64,000 bases of DNA from an uncultured Planctomycetaceae bacterium (GCA_963833985.1 CAWIAD010000002.1:5824001-5888000), one strand, 5' to 3'; counted from the stretch's first letter, positions 11,495 to 24,254 are shown. Translations and numbers: made by a program. The notes: generated from the letters alone by a model not told the origin.

Positions 11495-14400
11495 TGCCTC
11501 CAGCCCACACCCGCACGCAAGACATCAGCCCAGGGGAAGACATTGCCATCGTCGGTATGGCGTGCATCTTCCCGGGCGCCGATTCCCTTGAAAAGTACTG
11601 GCAGAACATCCTCGGCCAGGTTGATTGCGTGTCGGATCCGCCTCCGAAACACAGCGCGGAGTGGCGGACCGCCACGGACCCACGCAGCTCCGAGCCGGTG
11701 TACGCTTCACGCGGGGGCTTCCTGGGCGACCTCTGCCGCTTCGACCCGACGCGCTTCGGCGTGCTGCCCGCGAGCGTGGACGGCGGCGAGCCCGACCAGT
11801 ACCTGGCGCTCCGCTGCGCCTTCGAGGCCCTGGCCGATGCCGGCGTCCCGCAGCTTCCCCTGAACCGCCAGCGCACGGCCGTGATCATGGGCCGGGGGGC
11901 GTTCATCAACCGGGGCCTGCTCGCCTGGATCAATCACGGAGCCGTCGTCGACCAGGTGCTGGGGCTGCTCCGCGTTCTGGAACCCGACCGGGGCGAGCAG
12001 GAGCTGGCCGCCCTTGCCGCCGAGCTGAAACGGAACCTGCCACCCTTTACTTCAGAGTCCGTTCCCGGCCTCGCTCACAGCGTCCTCGTCGGCCGCATCG
12101 CCAACCGCCTGGATCTGATGGGTCCGGCGTACACGCTCGATGCCGCCTGCTCCTCTTCGCTCCTGGCGGTGGAGCACGGCATTCGCGAGCTCAGGTCCGG
12201 GCACTGCGACGCGGTCCTCGCCGGCGGCGTCCAGGTGAGCACGCCGGCTCTCATCTACCAGACCTTCTGCAAGATCGGCGCGCCCAGCCGGAGCGGTCGA
12301 ATCGCCCCCTTCTCGGCGACCGCCGATGGGACCCTGCTCGGCGAGGGCTGCGGGATCCTGGTGCTCAAGCGGCGCAGCGACGCGGAGCGCGATGGGAACC
12401 GGATCTACGCCGTGGTGAAGGAGGTCGGCGTCTCCTCCGACGGCAACGGGGCCGGCATCCTCGCCCCGCGCACCGAGGGCCAGCAGCTGGCCATGCGTCG
12501 CGCTTACGAGCAAGCCGGACTATCGACCGGGTCGATCGCTCTTCTGGAAGCCCACGGTACGGGAATTCCGCTCGGCGACCAGACGGAAATGAACTCTCTC
12601 GTGAACTGCTTCGGCGGCCGAGACGCGGAGGGGCCGCGGATCGCGCTGGGCAGCGTCAAGTCGATGCTCGGCCACCTCATCCCCGCCTCGGGTGCCGCGT
12701 CGCTCATCAAGGTGGCCCTGTCGCTGTACCACCGCACCCTGCCGCCCATGCTGCATGCCGAGACGCCGCACCCCGGGTTAGGCCTGGAGAAGACGCCGTT
12801 TTACCTGTCCACGCAGACCAGGCCCTGGATCCATGGCGCAGTCGATTCCCCGCGTCGCGCAGGGGTCAATGCGTTCGGCTTCGGCGGCATCAACACGCAC
12901 GCCATTCTCGAGGAGCACCAGGCCGCCGACGAGACGACCCTGCCCAGGCTGGAGAAGGAATGGCCCGTCGAGCTCGTCGTCGTCTCCGCCCCGGACCGAG
13001 CGTCCTTGCCCGCGCGGTTGAACGCCCTGGCCGGCTGGCTGGAGCAGGCAAGCGGCGTCTCGCTCCTGGACGTCGCGGCCGCCTGTAGCGCCGAACCGGG
13101 CGTTTGCCGGGTTGCCATCGTGGTCCAGAGCCTCGACGACCTGAAGAAGAAGCTCCTGCACGTCGCGCGGCTGCTGGAGCAGCCTGAGCGGCAGAAGATC
13201 CAGGATCGCAGCGGTCTCTTCTGGTACGCCGAGCCGCCGGGCGCGACGGGCCGCGTCGCGTTCCTCTTCCCGGGCGAAGGGGCTCAGTACGCGGGGATGC
13301 TCGGGGAGCTGTGCCGACATTTCCCCGAGGTGCGCCGGGAGTTCGATCTCACCGATCTGGCTCTGACGCTTTCGGATGCCAACCTGCCGCTCTCCCGTCA
13401 CATCTACCCGCCGCCCGGCCTCGAGCAGGGAGCGGATGCCGACCTGCTCGATCTCCAGGGGGCGGTGGTGGCCGTGACGGCGGCCAGCCGGGCGCTCCTG
13501 GCCCTGATGGGCCGGCTGGGCATCCAGGCGGATGCCGTCCTCGGGCACAGCAGTGGCGAGTACGGCGCCCTCCTGGCCGCGGGCGTATACGATCTCTCGG
13601 ACGAGGAAGAGCGCGTGCGGATGATCGGTGGAGGCGCCCGGAACGCCGTCCGCCTGGCCAGTTCCGGACTGGTTCCCGAAGCGGTCCTGACGACGATCGG
13701 TGGTGCAGATCGCGGCGCGGTCGAGCGCGTGCTCGCCGGGTCCGGCGGCCGGCTCACCATCGCTGTGGACAACTGCCCCAGCCAGCTCGTCCTCGCGGGC
13801 GACGAGGCGGCTTCGGCCGCGGCCGTCGCGGCGCTTCAGGGCAAAGGGGGGCTCTGCCAGCGGTTGCCCTGGGGAAGGGCCTACCACACCGAGGCTTTTA
13901 CCCCGGCCTGTGCCATCGTCGCCGAATACTTCCAGACCCTGCATTTCCGCAAGCCCAGGCGAGAACTCTGGTCGTGCGCCTCGGTCTCGGTGTATCCCGA
14001 AGATCCCGAGGCCGTTCGCGAGCTGGCGATCAGGCAGTGGCGAACCCCCGTACGCTTCCGCGAGACAATCCAGGCCATGCACGAGGCGGGAGTGCGCGTC
14101 TTCGTGGAGGTCGGCCCCCGCGGGAACCTCTCCGCATTCGTATCGGATACCCTGGGCAAGCAGCCCCACCTCGCCATTCGGATGGATGTTCCACGAAAGG
14201 GGGGCATCGAGCAGCTCTGCCGGGCCGTCGGCATGCTGGTCGCCGCCGGAGTGTCCGTCAACCTGGCGGAACTCTACCACAAGCGATCTCCGCGCCTCCT
14301 GGACCTGTCCGCCACTCCGCCGAAACCCCCCCGCGTTCAGCCTCCGCTCAGCCAGGTGATGCCGGAACTCAAGGTCTCGGAAGCGGTCGCCCGGCGCTGG

Positions 14401-16813
14401 CAGATCTCCCGGCAGCCTGCCGCGAGCCAGCCTACCGCGAGCCAGCCTGTCAATGGATCGGTGCGCACGGCTGCGGCTGCGTCCCCGGCTTCATCGGCCT
14501 CTCCTGGCGCTGCGCTGGTGCCTCCGGTCGGCCCCGCATCGGCTGCGATCTCTCCGCTCGCGGATCCGCAGAGCCTCGTCTTGCCCCAGCCCGGCCAGCT
14601 CGATCTGACCACATCCGGCAACGGCGAGACACGAGCCATGGACACAGCCACGGCGGTTCCCTGGCGGTCGGCCATCTCCCCCGGAACGGATTTCCGGGCA
14701 CGCGCACTGGCCGAGTACCAGCAGACGATGCGGCAGTTCCTTGATGCCCAGGAGCGAGTCGGCCTCGCGCGGTTCAAGCCCAGGCCCGCGAGGATGATCA
14801 AGGCACGAGACGGGCAGAACCCAGGGGCGTGCCACGACCAGCAGGCACCGGTGCCGCGCTGGGAGTCGCGGCCACTGCCGATCGCGGTGCCTGCGCCCGT
14901 AGCCGTCTCTGTGCCGGCATCCGCGTTGGCATCCGTATCGGCCCCGGCCTCGATGGCGTCTCCGGCGCTCGCACCGGTCAAGACGGCCCACACGACCGGG
15001 CAGGCGAGCGCACCCGACCCGACGCATGGCGGATCACTGGCTCACCCGGTGCCGGCGGCGGAGTGGGTCCCGGTCCACGCTCCAGCCGCTCCCGCCATCG
15101 TCCCGCGTCCGCTTCCTTACCTGGAGACGATCCTCTTCCTCGAGCCGGGGAGCCGACTCTCGGCCGAGTGCGAGCTTGACGTCTCCAGGCACCTGTTTCT
15201 GAGCGATCATACCTTCTTCGGCCGCCAGCTCTCGGTGAGCGATCCGACGCTGAGCTCCTTGCCGATCATGCCCCTGGCCATGACGCTGGAGCTGCTGGCG
15301 GAAGCGGCCGTGGCGCTCAGGCCTGGGCTCACCGTCGTGGCGTTGCGAGATGTCCGAACGTTTCGCTGGGTCCCCTTCGAGACGCCCACCCGGCGCGTCA
15401 GGCTGGAAGCGAAGAGCCGCGATGACAGCCTGCTGGTCGACGTCGCCGCCTACGAGGCTGACCGCGATGGCACCGGCGGCATGATCGCGGAGGCCGAGAT
15501 CGAGCTGGCGGAGTTGCCTGTTCCACTGGGCGAAGCCGTCGTGGCGGATACTGCGACGACTCCCTTCGCGTGGCCCCAGTCCGACATCTACGAGTGGATG
15601 CTGATCAACGGCCCGGCGCTGCAAGGCATCAACTCGATCGACGCTTGCGACCCCCACGGAGTTCGCGCGAGTCTCCGACCCCCTGAACCCTCCTTGCTGC
15701 GGCCCATCGACCGCCCGGGCGCGCTGGTCTTGCCCGCCAGCGCCATCGACCTGGCCGGCCAGCTCATCGGGCTTCAGGCGGTTCACTCGCTGGACGGAGA
15801 CCATCTCCCGGTCATCTATCCCAATCACTTCGCGTCCCTGGAGCTGGGACCCCTGCCCCCTGCCGGTGCATCGCTGGTGGGCATCGCCCGGGTCGACATG
15901 AGCGAGGCCGAGGTCGATTGTGACGTCGAGATCAAGGATGCTGATGGCGGAGTGCTGCTGCGCATCCTCGGCTGGCGCCATGAGCGCGTGAGGCTGCCGC
16001 GCAGCGTCTACTCCTACTGGTCTGCACCGCGGCAGATTGTGCTCTCCGAGATGATCACGGAGCAGTTCCAGGGGATACCGGGGGTCGACTCCTGTGCCGT
16101 CACCGCGATTGACATGTCCTCCGGAAGAGTGCTGCTTCAGCGGCTCTGGAGCCAGGTGCTCGCCCGGATGATCCTGGGCCGTGAGGAGCGCCGGCTCTTT
16201 GGCGAGCTGAAACTTCCGCCGCTGGCCGCGGTCTCGTGGCTGCTGGGGCGGGCCGCCGTCAAGGATGCGGTGCGGGCGCTGCTGCGCGGAGTTGTGCATG
16301 GCCGACGTCCCTGTCCTCTCCGGTGCACACGGGGAGCCACTGGTCCGGCTGCCCGCGGCAACTGCGCCGGTGGTCAGCCTGGCGCACAAGGGCTTGCATG
16401 CCGTGGGCATCGCCGCCGATCCCGGCCGGTTTCACGGCGTGGGGATCGACATCGAGCCGCGGGGTCCCATGGACGCCGGAGTGCTCGAGGACGCCTTCGA
16501 CGCGTCCGAACGCCGGCTCATCGAGGGGGCGGCCCGCACCTCGGCCGAGCCGGCGGAGGTCTGGTACCTTTCGGCTTGGTGCTGCAAGGAGGCCGTCGGC
16601 AAGGCACTCGGCCGGGGCGTCGCCGGCGGGCCAAGAAGTCTTGAGCTCAAAGCGGTCGATTGCACGACCGGCCGCCTGTCACTGGGGCTCCGCGGCGCCC
16701 TGGCGGCCGCATTGCCGGAGTTCTCGGGCCGTGATCGCAGCATCGACGCTTATCGCCGTACGGTCGGTCCCCATGTCATTGCCGTCTGTCTGCTTGAAAC
16801 GGAGCACCGGTGA
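11494..16813 (+). CDS. Second PKS: KS-AT-DH fused to a C-terminal 4'-phosphopantetheinyl transferase, no ACP; frameshift near 16290
   Basis: ATG overlaps the PKS1 stop (TGATG). KS DAACSSSL, EAHGTG, KSMLGH; AT FPGEG, GHSSG, RAYHT; DH DHTFFG...LPIMP. PPTase GIDIE and WCCKEAVGKALG lie in ORF 16265..16813. Confidence 0.88.
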
Positions 16814-16881
16814 GCTGAGCGAGCCGGTTTGTTCGCAAGGTTCGCGGGTTCTTGCTGCTTCATCTGTCCGGGGGTTTGCTC

Positions 16882-18470
16882 ATGAGAACGGTTCTCTTCG
16901 GCCTTGACGGAGCGACGTACACGGTCCTCGAGCATCTCATCGCCGAGGGAGTGATGCCCAACCTGGCGGCGTTCCAGGACGAGGGTTGCAAGGGCACGCT
17001 CCTGTCCACGCCCCATCCGCTCACGCCACAGGCCTGGACCACCCTGGCGACGGGCCGCAGCGCGGGCCACCACGGGATCCACGACTTTCTGCGCCCCGAG
17101 ACCAAGGCGGGCGGGGTTTTCTGGCGGGTCAACGACGCCCGCGACATCCACTGTCAGACCATCTGGCAGCATGCCTCGCGGCAAGGCAAGCGCGTGACGG
17201 TGCTGAACTACTATGGCACCTCGCCTCCCCTGCCGATCCAGGGCCACTCCATTCCGGCGTTTGTCACCGGGCGTCATCTCAGGCGGTCCAGCTACCCCGC
17301 CGACATCCTCGGCCGACTCCAGGGGCTGGAAGGGTTTGACGTCAACATCATCGGCCTCGATGCCGACAAGGAGGTCGAGGCGCTTCAGGACATGGAGCCC
17401 GATCGTTGGTGCGGCTGGATCGAGCACCATATCCGCCGCGAGCGTGCCTGGTTCGCGGCGCTCGAGCACCTCATGATGCATGAGCCCAGCGACCTCACGG
17501 CCATCGTCTTCGACGGCGTGGACCGGATCCAGCATCTGGCCTTCCGATTTCTCGACCCCGCGCTCATCCCCCAGGATCCGACGCCCTGGGAAGCCGAGGT
17601 GATCGCCCTCTGCCGCGCCTATTTCCGGCAAATCGATGATTTCCTGGGCCGGACGGTGCGGATTCTCGGCGATTCGGGACGGGTCTTCATTGCCTCGGAC
17701 CACGGGTTCACCGCCAGCCGCGACATCGTCTACATCAACAAATGGCTGGCCGAGCAGGGCTGGCTGCACTGGCGCGCGGCGCGGCCGTCGATGAGAAGCA
17801 TGCCATCTACAAGAAGGAGCTGGCGTCGGTCACCAACGACATTGATGTTTCGCGGACGAGGGCCTACGCGCTGACGCCAAGCTGCATCGGCCTCTACATC
17901 ACCGTTCCGCCCGACGATTACGAACCGTTCCGTGAAGAGCTGATCGCCCGGCTGCAAACGCTCAAGGCGAGCGACGGCGAGCCTCTGGTCGAGCAGCTTT
18001 TCCGCCGTGAAGACGCGTTCTCGGGACCGTTCCTCGGACGCATTCCGGACGTGAGCATGCGGTTCCGCGGCGGCGCGTGTCTGTCCGTGTTGAACGCGGA
18101 AAGCGTCGTGGTCACGCGCGATCGGCCCGTCGGCACACATCATCCGCACGGCGTGCTGCTGGGCCGCGGTCCCGGTGTTCGTCGGGGCGCCACGGCCGGG
18201 CTGATGAACATCCTCGACGTGGCTCCGCTGCTGCTGCACAGCCTGGGCCTGGAGATCCCCCTGGAATACGAGGGGACGTTCCCCAATCGCCTGTACGACC
18301 CGGGTTATCTGCGGAGCGACCCGCCCCGGATCGGCCAGGAGGCCGGAGAGCCGGTCGTCGCGGCCGGGCCCGAGCACGGGACGGTCGTCGAAGAGCGTGG
18401 CGAACTGCTCGACGAGGACGACAAGGCCGGCGTGCTCGAACGGCTCCGGAGCCTGGGTTACGTCGAGTGA
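16882..18470 (+). CDS. Alkaline phosphatase superfamily (NPP/type I phosphodiesterase-like) protein 1; frameshift near 17778
   Basis: GLDGAT, TPHPLTPQAWTTLATG, SDHGF, GTHHPHG, DVAPLLL, C-terminal ERLRSLGY. Confidence 0.85.
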
Positions 18471-18534
18471 ACAGGGCGGCGCGAATGCAGTGCTCTGGAA
18501 GAAAGTTGCTGGTTTTCCGAGGTCAGAAACGGTC

Positions 18535-21175
18535 ATGCGAGTGAACCTGGACGATCGCCAGTCTACAGAGTCGACACCCCTGACCAGGGGAGCGCGCCGT
18601 ACCCGGTCGCGCGGGCTCTGTACGGGCCACTTCCGCAAGGTGGCCGAGGGGGGCTTCGGCGATCCGGCCAACTCGTACGCCTACAGCTACGCCTGGTATG
18701 ATGATCATCTCTACATTGGCACGATCCGCAACCTGCTGGTCCTGATCAAGAAGCGGCTGCCCCTGGATACGCCCAGCGTGTGCTGGCCGGTTCCGCTACC
18801 CGATTCCGACGACGACGTGGACCTCTGCGCCGAGATCTGGCGCTATTCGCCAAGAACCGCGCAATGGCAGCGAGTCTATCGCTCGCCCTTGACCACAGGC
18901 GTCGAGGGGAGGACGGTGCCCCTCTCCTCGGGGTTTCGCAACATGGCCGTCTTTCAAGGCAAGAGCGACCGCCGCCCGGCGATCTACACCGTGGCGAGCT
19001 GCGGGACCTTCGGACTGGGACCGGTCCTCCTGCGATCTCCCGACGGCGTCGAATTCGGAGTGGTGACCGAGCCGGGGATGGGTCTGGGCGACACGCGAGT
19101 CACCACGTTCCGGGGCGTGCTGCCGTTCAAGGACTGGCTGTTCATGGCTCCGGTCGGATCGCGGGGCGGGTACTGCAACATGTCCTACAACGCCGTGATC
19201 CTGTGCAGCCAGGACCCGGCCGCCTCACACTTCGAGCTCAGCAACCAACCCGGGTTCGGCGACCCCACGAACATGGGCATCTACGACTTCTGCGTGAACG
19301 GGAATTATCTCTACGCCAGCACTGCGAACTTTCGCGAAGGCTTCCAGCTCTGGCGCACCGATGCGGAGGGCCCTCCTCCGCACCGCTGGGAGAAGATGCT
19401 CGATCACGGCGCGGATCGGGGCCCGTTCAACGAGGCGGCCATCTGCCTGGCCAGCTTCCAGGACGACGTCTACATGGGGACGGCCATCCAGAACGGCGGG
19501 TTTGACCAGATCAACCAGATTGGCCCCGCGGCCGGCGAGGTCATCCGGATGCACCCCGACGGCCGCTGGGACCTGGTGGTCGGCGAGCCGCGGATGACCC
19601 GGCAGGGATTCAAGGCACCCACCAGCGGCATGGGCACGGGCTTCGACAACCCCTTCGCCGGCTATATCTGGAGGATGTGCGCGCATGATGGGTCGATCTA
19701 CGTCAGCACTTACGATTCGTCGTCCTTCCTTCCTTTCTCCGAACCCGAACGGTGGCCGACCTGGAGCCGCAAGCTGGTTGATCCCGAGCTCATGAACCGG
19801 TTCATGGAGCTGCGCGGGGGCTGCGAGCTCTGGAGAAGCAACGACGGCGACAACTGGGTGGCCGTCACCCGCAACGGCTTCGACAATCCCTACAACTACG
19901 GCTTCCGCACGCTCCTCTCCAGTCCGGTCGGCCTGTTCGTGGGCTCGGCCAATCCCTTCGGACCCAAGGTGGCCGTCTGGGGCGGTTCCGGCTGGCGCTG
20001 ATGAGGATAACCCCCGAGGCGGCATCGAGGTCTGGCTCGGCTCTCTGGAGCACGCCGGCCAGGACCATCCGGACGCGACTCCGCCGCGCCACGGCGATAC
20101 GACCTTCTGGCTGCGCACGGACGACCGGGTCGCCAGCGGCTTCCTGTCATCGCTCCTGGAGAGCCCCAGCGTCAACGGCAACGGTCACGCCAACGGTCAC
20201 GGTAAGGGCCCGATTCACGCGGCCGGGGCGGTGGAGACTGCCGAGGAGAGTGCGCAGCACCTGCTCGGCGCGCTGCTTGACGGGCTTTGCTCCGACGCGG
20301 CGGATCCGCCCCCGCCGATCCACGACTATCTTCAGGTCCGGTCCGGCCGCGACCGTCGCTGGGAGTACGATCCCGTCCGCCGACTCACCGGGTTCGACTC
20401 TGACCTGATTGGCCTGGTGGACGACCTCGACGAGGAACTGAACGAGTTCTACGGCGGCGCGGATCTGCGGAACGTGGGATTCTGGACGCGGGACACGCAG
20501 ATCCCGCGGTCGGCTTGCCGCCAGTTGATCGAGGAGCTGATCTGCCTGGCCAGATCCTCCAGTCCCGGGGCCGAGTTCCAGCCGTCGACGGTTCTGGCAG
20601 TCGGAGCGGGAGCCATGTCCATCGCCCGGATCGTGCGGGAGCAGTGGCCCGGGGCGCAATGCACCGCGGTGCTTGGCGACCTGGAACTGGACAACCCGAA
20701 CCTCCACCCGGGCATCGTACCGCTGGCTGCCACGCCCGGCCGCCTGCCTGCCGCCGACGGTTCGTGCGACCTGCTGATCTGGGTTGAAAATCCACTCTCC
20801 CTGGACCAGGAAGCGGCGTGCCGGGAAGCAGGGCGTGTGCTCCGGCCCGGCGGCCGGCTGGCGGCCTCGGTGCTGGCCGGCATCCCGCTGGACCGGGAAT
20901 ACGAGCTCTTGCAGCACGCCGATGGGCCCAGCCTCGCCGAGGAGTACGCGGCACGACTGGAGCAGAGGGGCCTGGGCGCCGTCCGCGTTCTGGATGTCAG
21001 CGCACGAAGCTGGATCCCGTTCTTCCGCTACAGCCGCGAGTTCTTCTCGTCCAAGTTGATGTTCCAGCAGATCGACCAGGAGCAGCACGACCGCATTCTT
21101 GGCACTTTACCCGGAGGTGGGTTGGCCGTCGTGGCCTACCTGCTCGTGACTGCCGCGAAGCCCCAGGAGCCGTGA
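18535..21175 (+). CDS. Repeat (probable beta-propeller) protein fused to a class I methyltransferase-like domain; frameshift near 19999
   Basis: Recurrent GFGDPxN/GFDNPxxxY blade-like motifs. Removing one base near 19999 gives ...GWRYEDNPRGGIEVWLG..., open in frame with ORF 20231..21175 (NVGFW, VLAVGAG, EAGRVLRPGG). Confidence 0.7.
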
Positions 21176-21179
21176 GACC

Positions 21180-22082
21180 ATGCCAGTTCTTCAAAACGTG
21201 AATACAACTTACGAGCCGTTTAGCCGCGAGCCCGAGTACATCGAGGCGAACCAGCAGTTCGTGAGGCGGATTCCTCTCGCGCACGTCGGCCGGTTCCTGG
21301 ACCTGGCCTGCGGCACCGGCACGGTCAGCCGGTTGCTCCTGGAGGAGGCGCCTCGGGCGTTCCTGAACGGCGTCGATCTGGACCCGGTGCAGATCGAGCT
21401 TGCGACCGAGGAGTTCGCTGAGCTTGGCTATGAGGTGCGCCATGGCTTTGACCTGGCGGACGAGATCGTCAGGGGCAAGCCGGTGGTCACGCTCGCGGTG
21501 GGAAGCGCCGATGAGCTGCTCTTCCCGGACGCCAGCTTCGATTGCGTCACGATCGCCAATGCGATTCACATGATGCCCGACAAGGCAAAGTTCCTCCGCG
21601 AGGTCCACCGGGTGCTCAAGCCGGGTGGAGTGTTCGGCTTCAACTCGTCCTTCTACGCGGGGACCTATCCCGCAGGGACGGAGCGCCACGGTTTCATCTG
21701 GCTCCGCGAGGCCAAGCTCTACATCGACCGGCTCAACGAACAGCTCAAGGCCGAAGGGCGGACCGGGGAGCTGATCCGCCGCGTCCACGGAACGACCCGG
21801 GCCGCTTTCCAGAACCGCTGGTACAGTCCTCAGGAGTGGTCGAGCCTGCTCCAGGCGGCGTCACTTCAGGTCCACGACGTCCATGAGCGGGTGGTGATGA
21901 TGGACGAGCGCTGTCTCGCGGCCGTCGGCGCCTACGGGGGGCTGGCCGAGGTGCTCATGAGCGGCTACCCGGTCGAGGCGGCCTCCACGGCGCTCCAGGC
22001 GACCGCCGGGGCTGGCCTCCAAGAGCTGGGGGTCGCCGCCATCCCGCGCAACTGGCTGGAGGTCTGGGCGGTCAGGCCGTGA
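21180..22082 (+). CDS. Class I SAM-dependent methyltransferase
   Basis: FLDLACGTG, FPDASFDCV, EVHRVLKPGG. Confidence 0.9.
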   Translation: MPVLQNVNTTYEPFSREPEYIEANQQFVRRIPLAHVGRFLDLACGTGTVSRLLLEEAPRAFLNGVDLDPVQIELATEEFAELGYEVRHGFDLADEIVRGKPVVTLAVGSADELLFPDASFDCVTIANAIHMMPDKAKFLREVHRVLKPGGVFGFNSSFYAGTYPAGTERHGFIWLREAKLYIDRLNEQLKAEGRTGELIRRVHGTTRAAFQNRWYSPQEWSSLLQAASLQVHDVHERVVMMDERCLAAVGAYGGLAEVLMSGYPVEAASTALQATAGAGLQELGVAAIPRNWLEVWAVRP

Positions 22083-22211
22083 TCGGCAAGACCGGCTCTG
22101 GTGATGGGTTCTCTTGATCCTTGCAAGTGCAGCAGGTCCGGCCGACGGGCGGCCGGCCGATTCCGTTCTCTCGCGGTGGTTTCACCGTTTCATCTTTCGG
22201 AGGCATTGTTC

Positions 22212-22523
22212 ATGTCCCGCGAAACGCTCAGCGCAAAGCACACTCAGCAGGAAGTGTTCCAGAACATCGTCGGCATCCTCCAGGACATGACCAGCGACTG
22301 GGAGGCGGCCTACGACGGAGGGATCCAGCCCGGGACGCGGCTCATCGCCGATCTCGGATTCGAATCGATCGACGTCGTGCAGCTCGTGGTCGCCATCGAG
22401 GAAGCCTACCAGAGCCGCTCTCTGCCGTTCGAGAAGCTGCTCATGGCCGACGGACGCTATGTCGATGAGCTGTCCGTGAGCCAGATTGTTGATTTCCTGG
22501 TTGCCAACCTGAACGCGCAGTGA
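22212..22523 (+). CDS. Stand-alone acyl carrier protein
   Basis: About 103 aa, acidic, motif ADLGFESIDVVQL. Confidence 0.88.
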   Translation: MSRETLSAKHTQQEVFQNIVGILQDMTSDWEAAYDGGIQPGTRLIADLGFESIDVVQLVVAIEEAYQSRSLPFEKLLMADGRYVDELSVSQIVDFLVANLNAQ

Positions 22524-22534
22524 GGATCCGTGGG

Positions 22535-22561
22535 TCAGGCCCTGGCACGGCCGGGGCCTGA
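22535..22561 (+). promoter_or_regulatory. GC-rich stem-loop just after the ACP gene, no U-tract
   Basis: tcaggccctggc-acg-gccggggcctga forms a 12-bp stem with one G-T pair. Confidence 0.45.
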
Positions 22562-22675
22562 ACCTGGACCCCGACCACCCGGAGTACCGGCGCAGGCAAG
22601 CTTATCTGCTCATGACACGACACCGAGGGGCGAGCCGGCCAGGAACGCCAGCCCCCGCGCTTTCGAGGCGAGCTT

Positions 22676-24254
22676 ATGAATTCGACGATCTTGATCGGCA
22701 TCGATGGGGCCACCTTCACGATCCTGGACCGCCTGATCGCCGAGGGCGCCATGCCCACCCTCAAGGCGCTCCAAACCCGGGGCGTACGCGCCGAACTCCT
22801 CTCCACGCCCCACCCGCTGACTCCCCCGGCATGGACCACGCTCATGACCGGCCGGAGCCCGGGCAATCACGGCATCTTCGACTTTCTCCGCAGCGAGGTC
22901 CGCGGGAACGGGGCGTTCTTCACGCTCAACAATTTCCGCGACATCCAGTGCGAGACCATCTGGTCGATCATCAGCCGGCAGGGAGGCAAGGTCCTCTCGC
23001 TCGGCTTCCCGCTCATGGCCCCTCCTCCCCCGGTCCACGGCGCGATCGTTCCGGGCCTGCTCTCCTGGCGCCATCTAAGACGCAACGTGCATCCCGCCGG
23101 GCTGTATGACGAGCTCGATGGCGCTGCCCGGACTGGACGCCAAGGAGCTGTCATGGGATTTCGAGAAGGAGAAGGCGATCCGGTTCATGCCCGAGGAGGA
23201 ATTCGCTTCCTGGGTGCGGCAGCACACCGCGCGTGACCGGCACTGGTTCGCCATCCTGCGCCATTTGCTCATGAAGGAAACCTACGACCTGATCGCCGTG
23301 ATGTTCGATGGCACCGACAAGCTCCAGCACGGCTGCTGGCGCGTGCTCGATCCGGAGTGCGCTCCGGAGCATCCCAACGAGGCCGAGCGCGACATTCGCG
23401 AAGCCTGCGTGGAGTATTTCCGCCATCTCGATTCGCTGATCGGCAAGATCATCGAGCTGGGCAACGCGGACGCCCGGGTCTTCATCGCCTCGGACCACGG
23501 CTTCGGCCCCACCGAGCGGTTCTTCCGCGTGAACAAGTGGCTGGAGCAACAGGGTTACCTCGCCTGGAAGTCGCCGGGCAAGAAACGGAAGCCCAGCGAG
23601 AACCTTTATGTCGACCTGGACTGGGAGCACACGGTCGCCTTTGCACCCAGCATGGCGACCAACGGCATCCACATCCGGGTGCAGGACGAGACGAACCCGA
23701 CCGGAGTGCCGGCGGCGGAGTACGAATCCTTCCGGGCCAAGCTGATGGCCGAGCTCCGTGAGATCCGCGACCCGATCAGGGGCGTGCCCATGGTGCGCGA
23801 CATCTTGCTGCGCGAGGAGGTCTTCCCGGGAGTGCACCAGGGGAAGGCGCCGGACCTGACGCTGGTGCTCTACGATTACGGGCTGATCGCCACCTCGGAC
23901 GAGGAGCCCATCATCGAGCCGCGCGACAAGATCGCCGGAATGCACCGTCCCGAGGGCGTTTTCTACGCCTGCGGCCCCGGCATCATCGAGGGCCGGGCGG
24001 TCGAGCAGCAGTCGATCACCGACATCGCGCCGACCTTGCTGTACAGCCTGGGCCTGCCGATCCCGGCCGACTTCGAGGGGGGGATCATCGCCTCGGCCTT
24101 TGAACCGGGGCATCTCGCCGAGCATCCGGCCACCATCGGCCCGGAGACCATCGCGCCGGCCAGCTACGTGGCCCGCCGGGCAGCCCACGAGCTGGAGGCC
24201 GACGCCGAAGAATCGGTCATCGACCGGCTGCGTGCACTGGGTTACGTGGAATGA
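22676..24254 (+). CDS. Alkaline phosphatase superfamily (NPP-like) protein 2; frameshift near 23120
   Basis: GIDGAT, TPHPLTPPAWTTLMTG, SDHGF, GMHRPEG, DIAPTLL, C-terminal DRLRALGY. Clear paralog of 16882..18470. Confidence 0.85.

Noticed and set aside
2327..16813. Canonical pfaABCDE PUFA synthase or modular PKS/NRPS
   Set aside because: No chain-length-factor or FabA-type DH pair recognised, no C/A domains, and the domain order differs.
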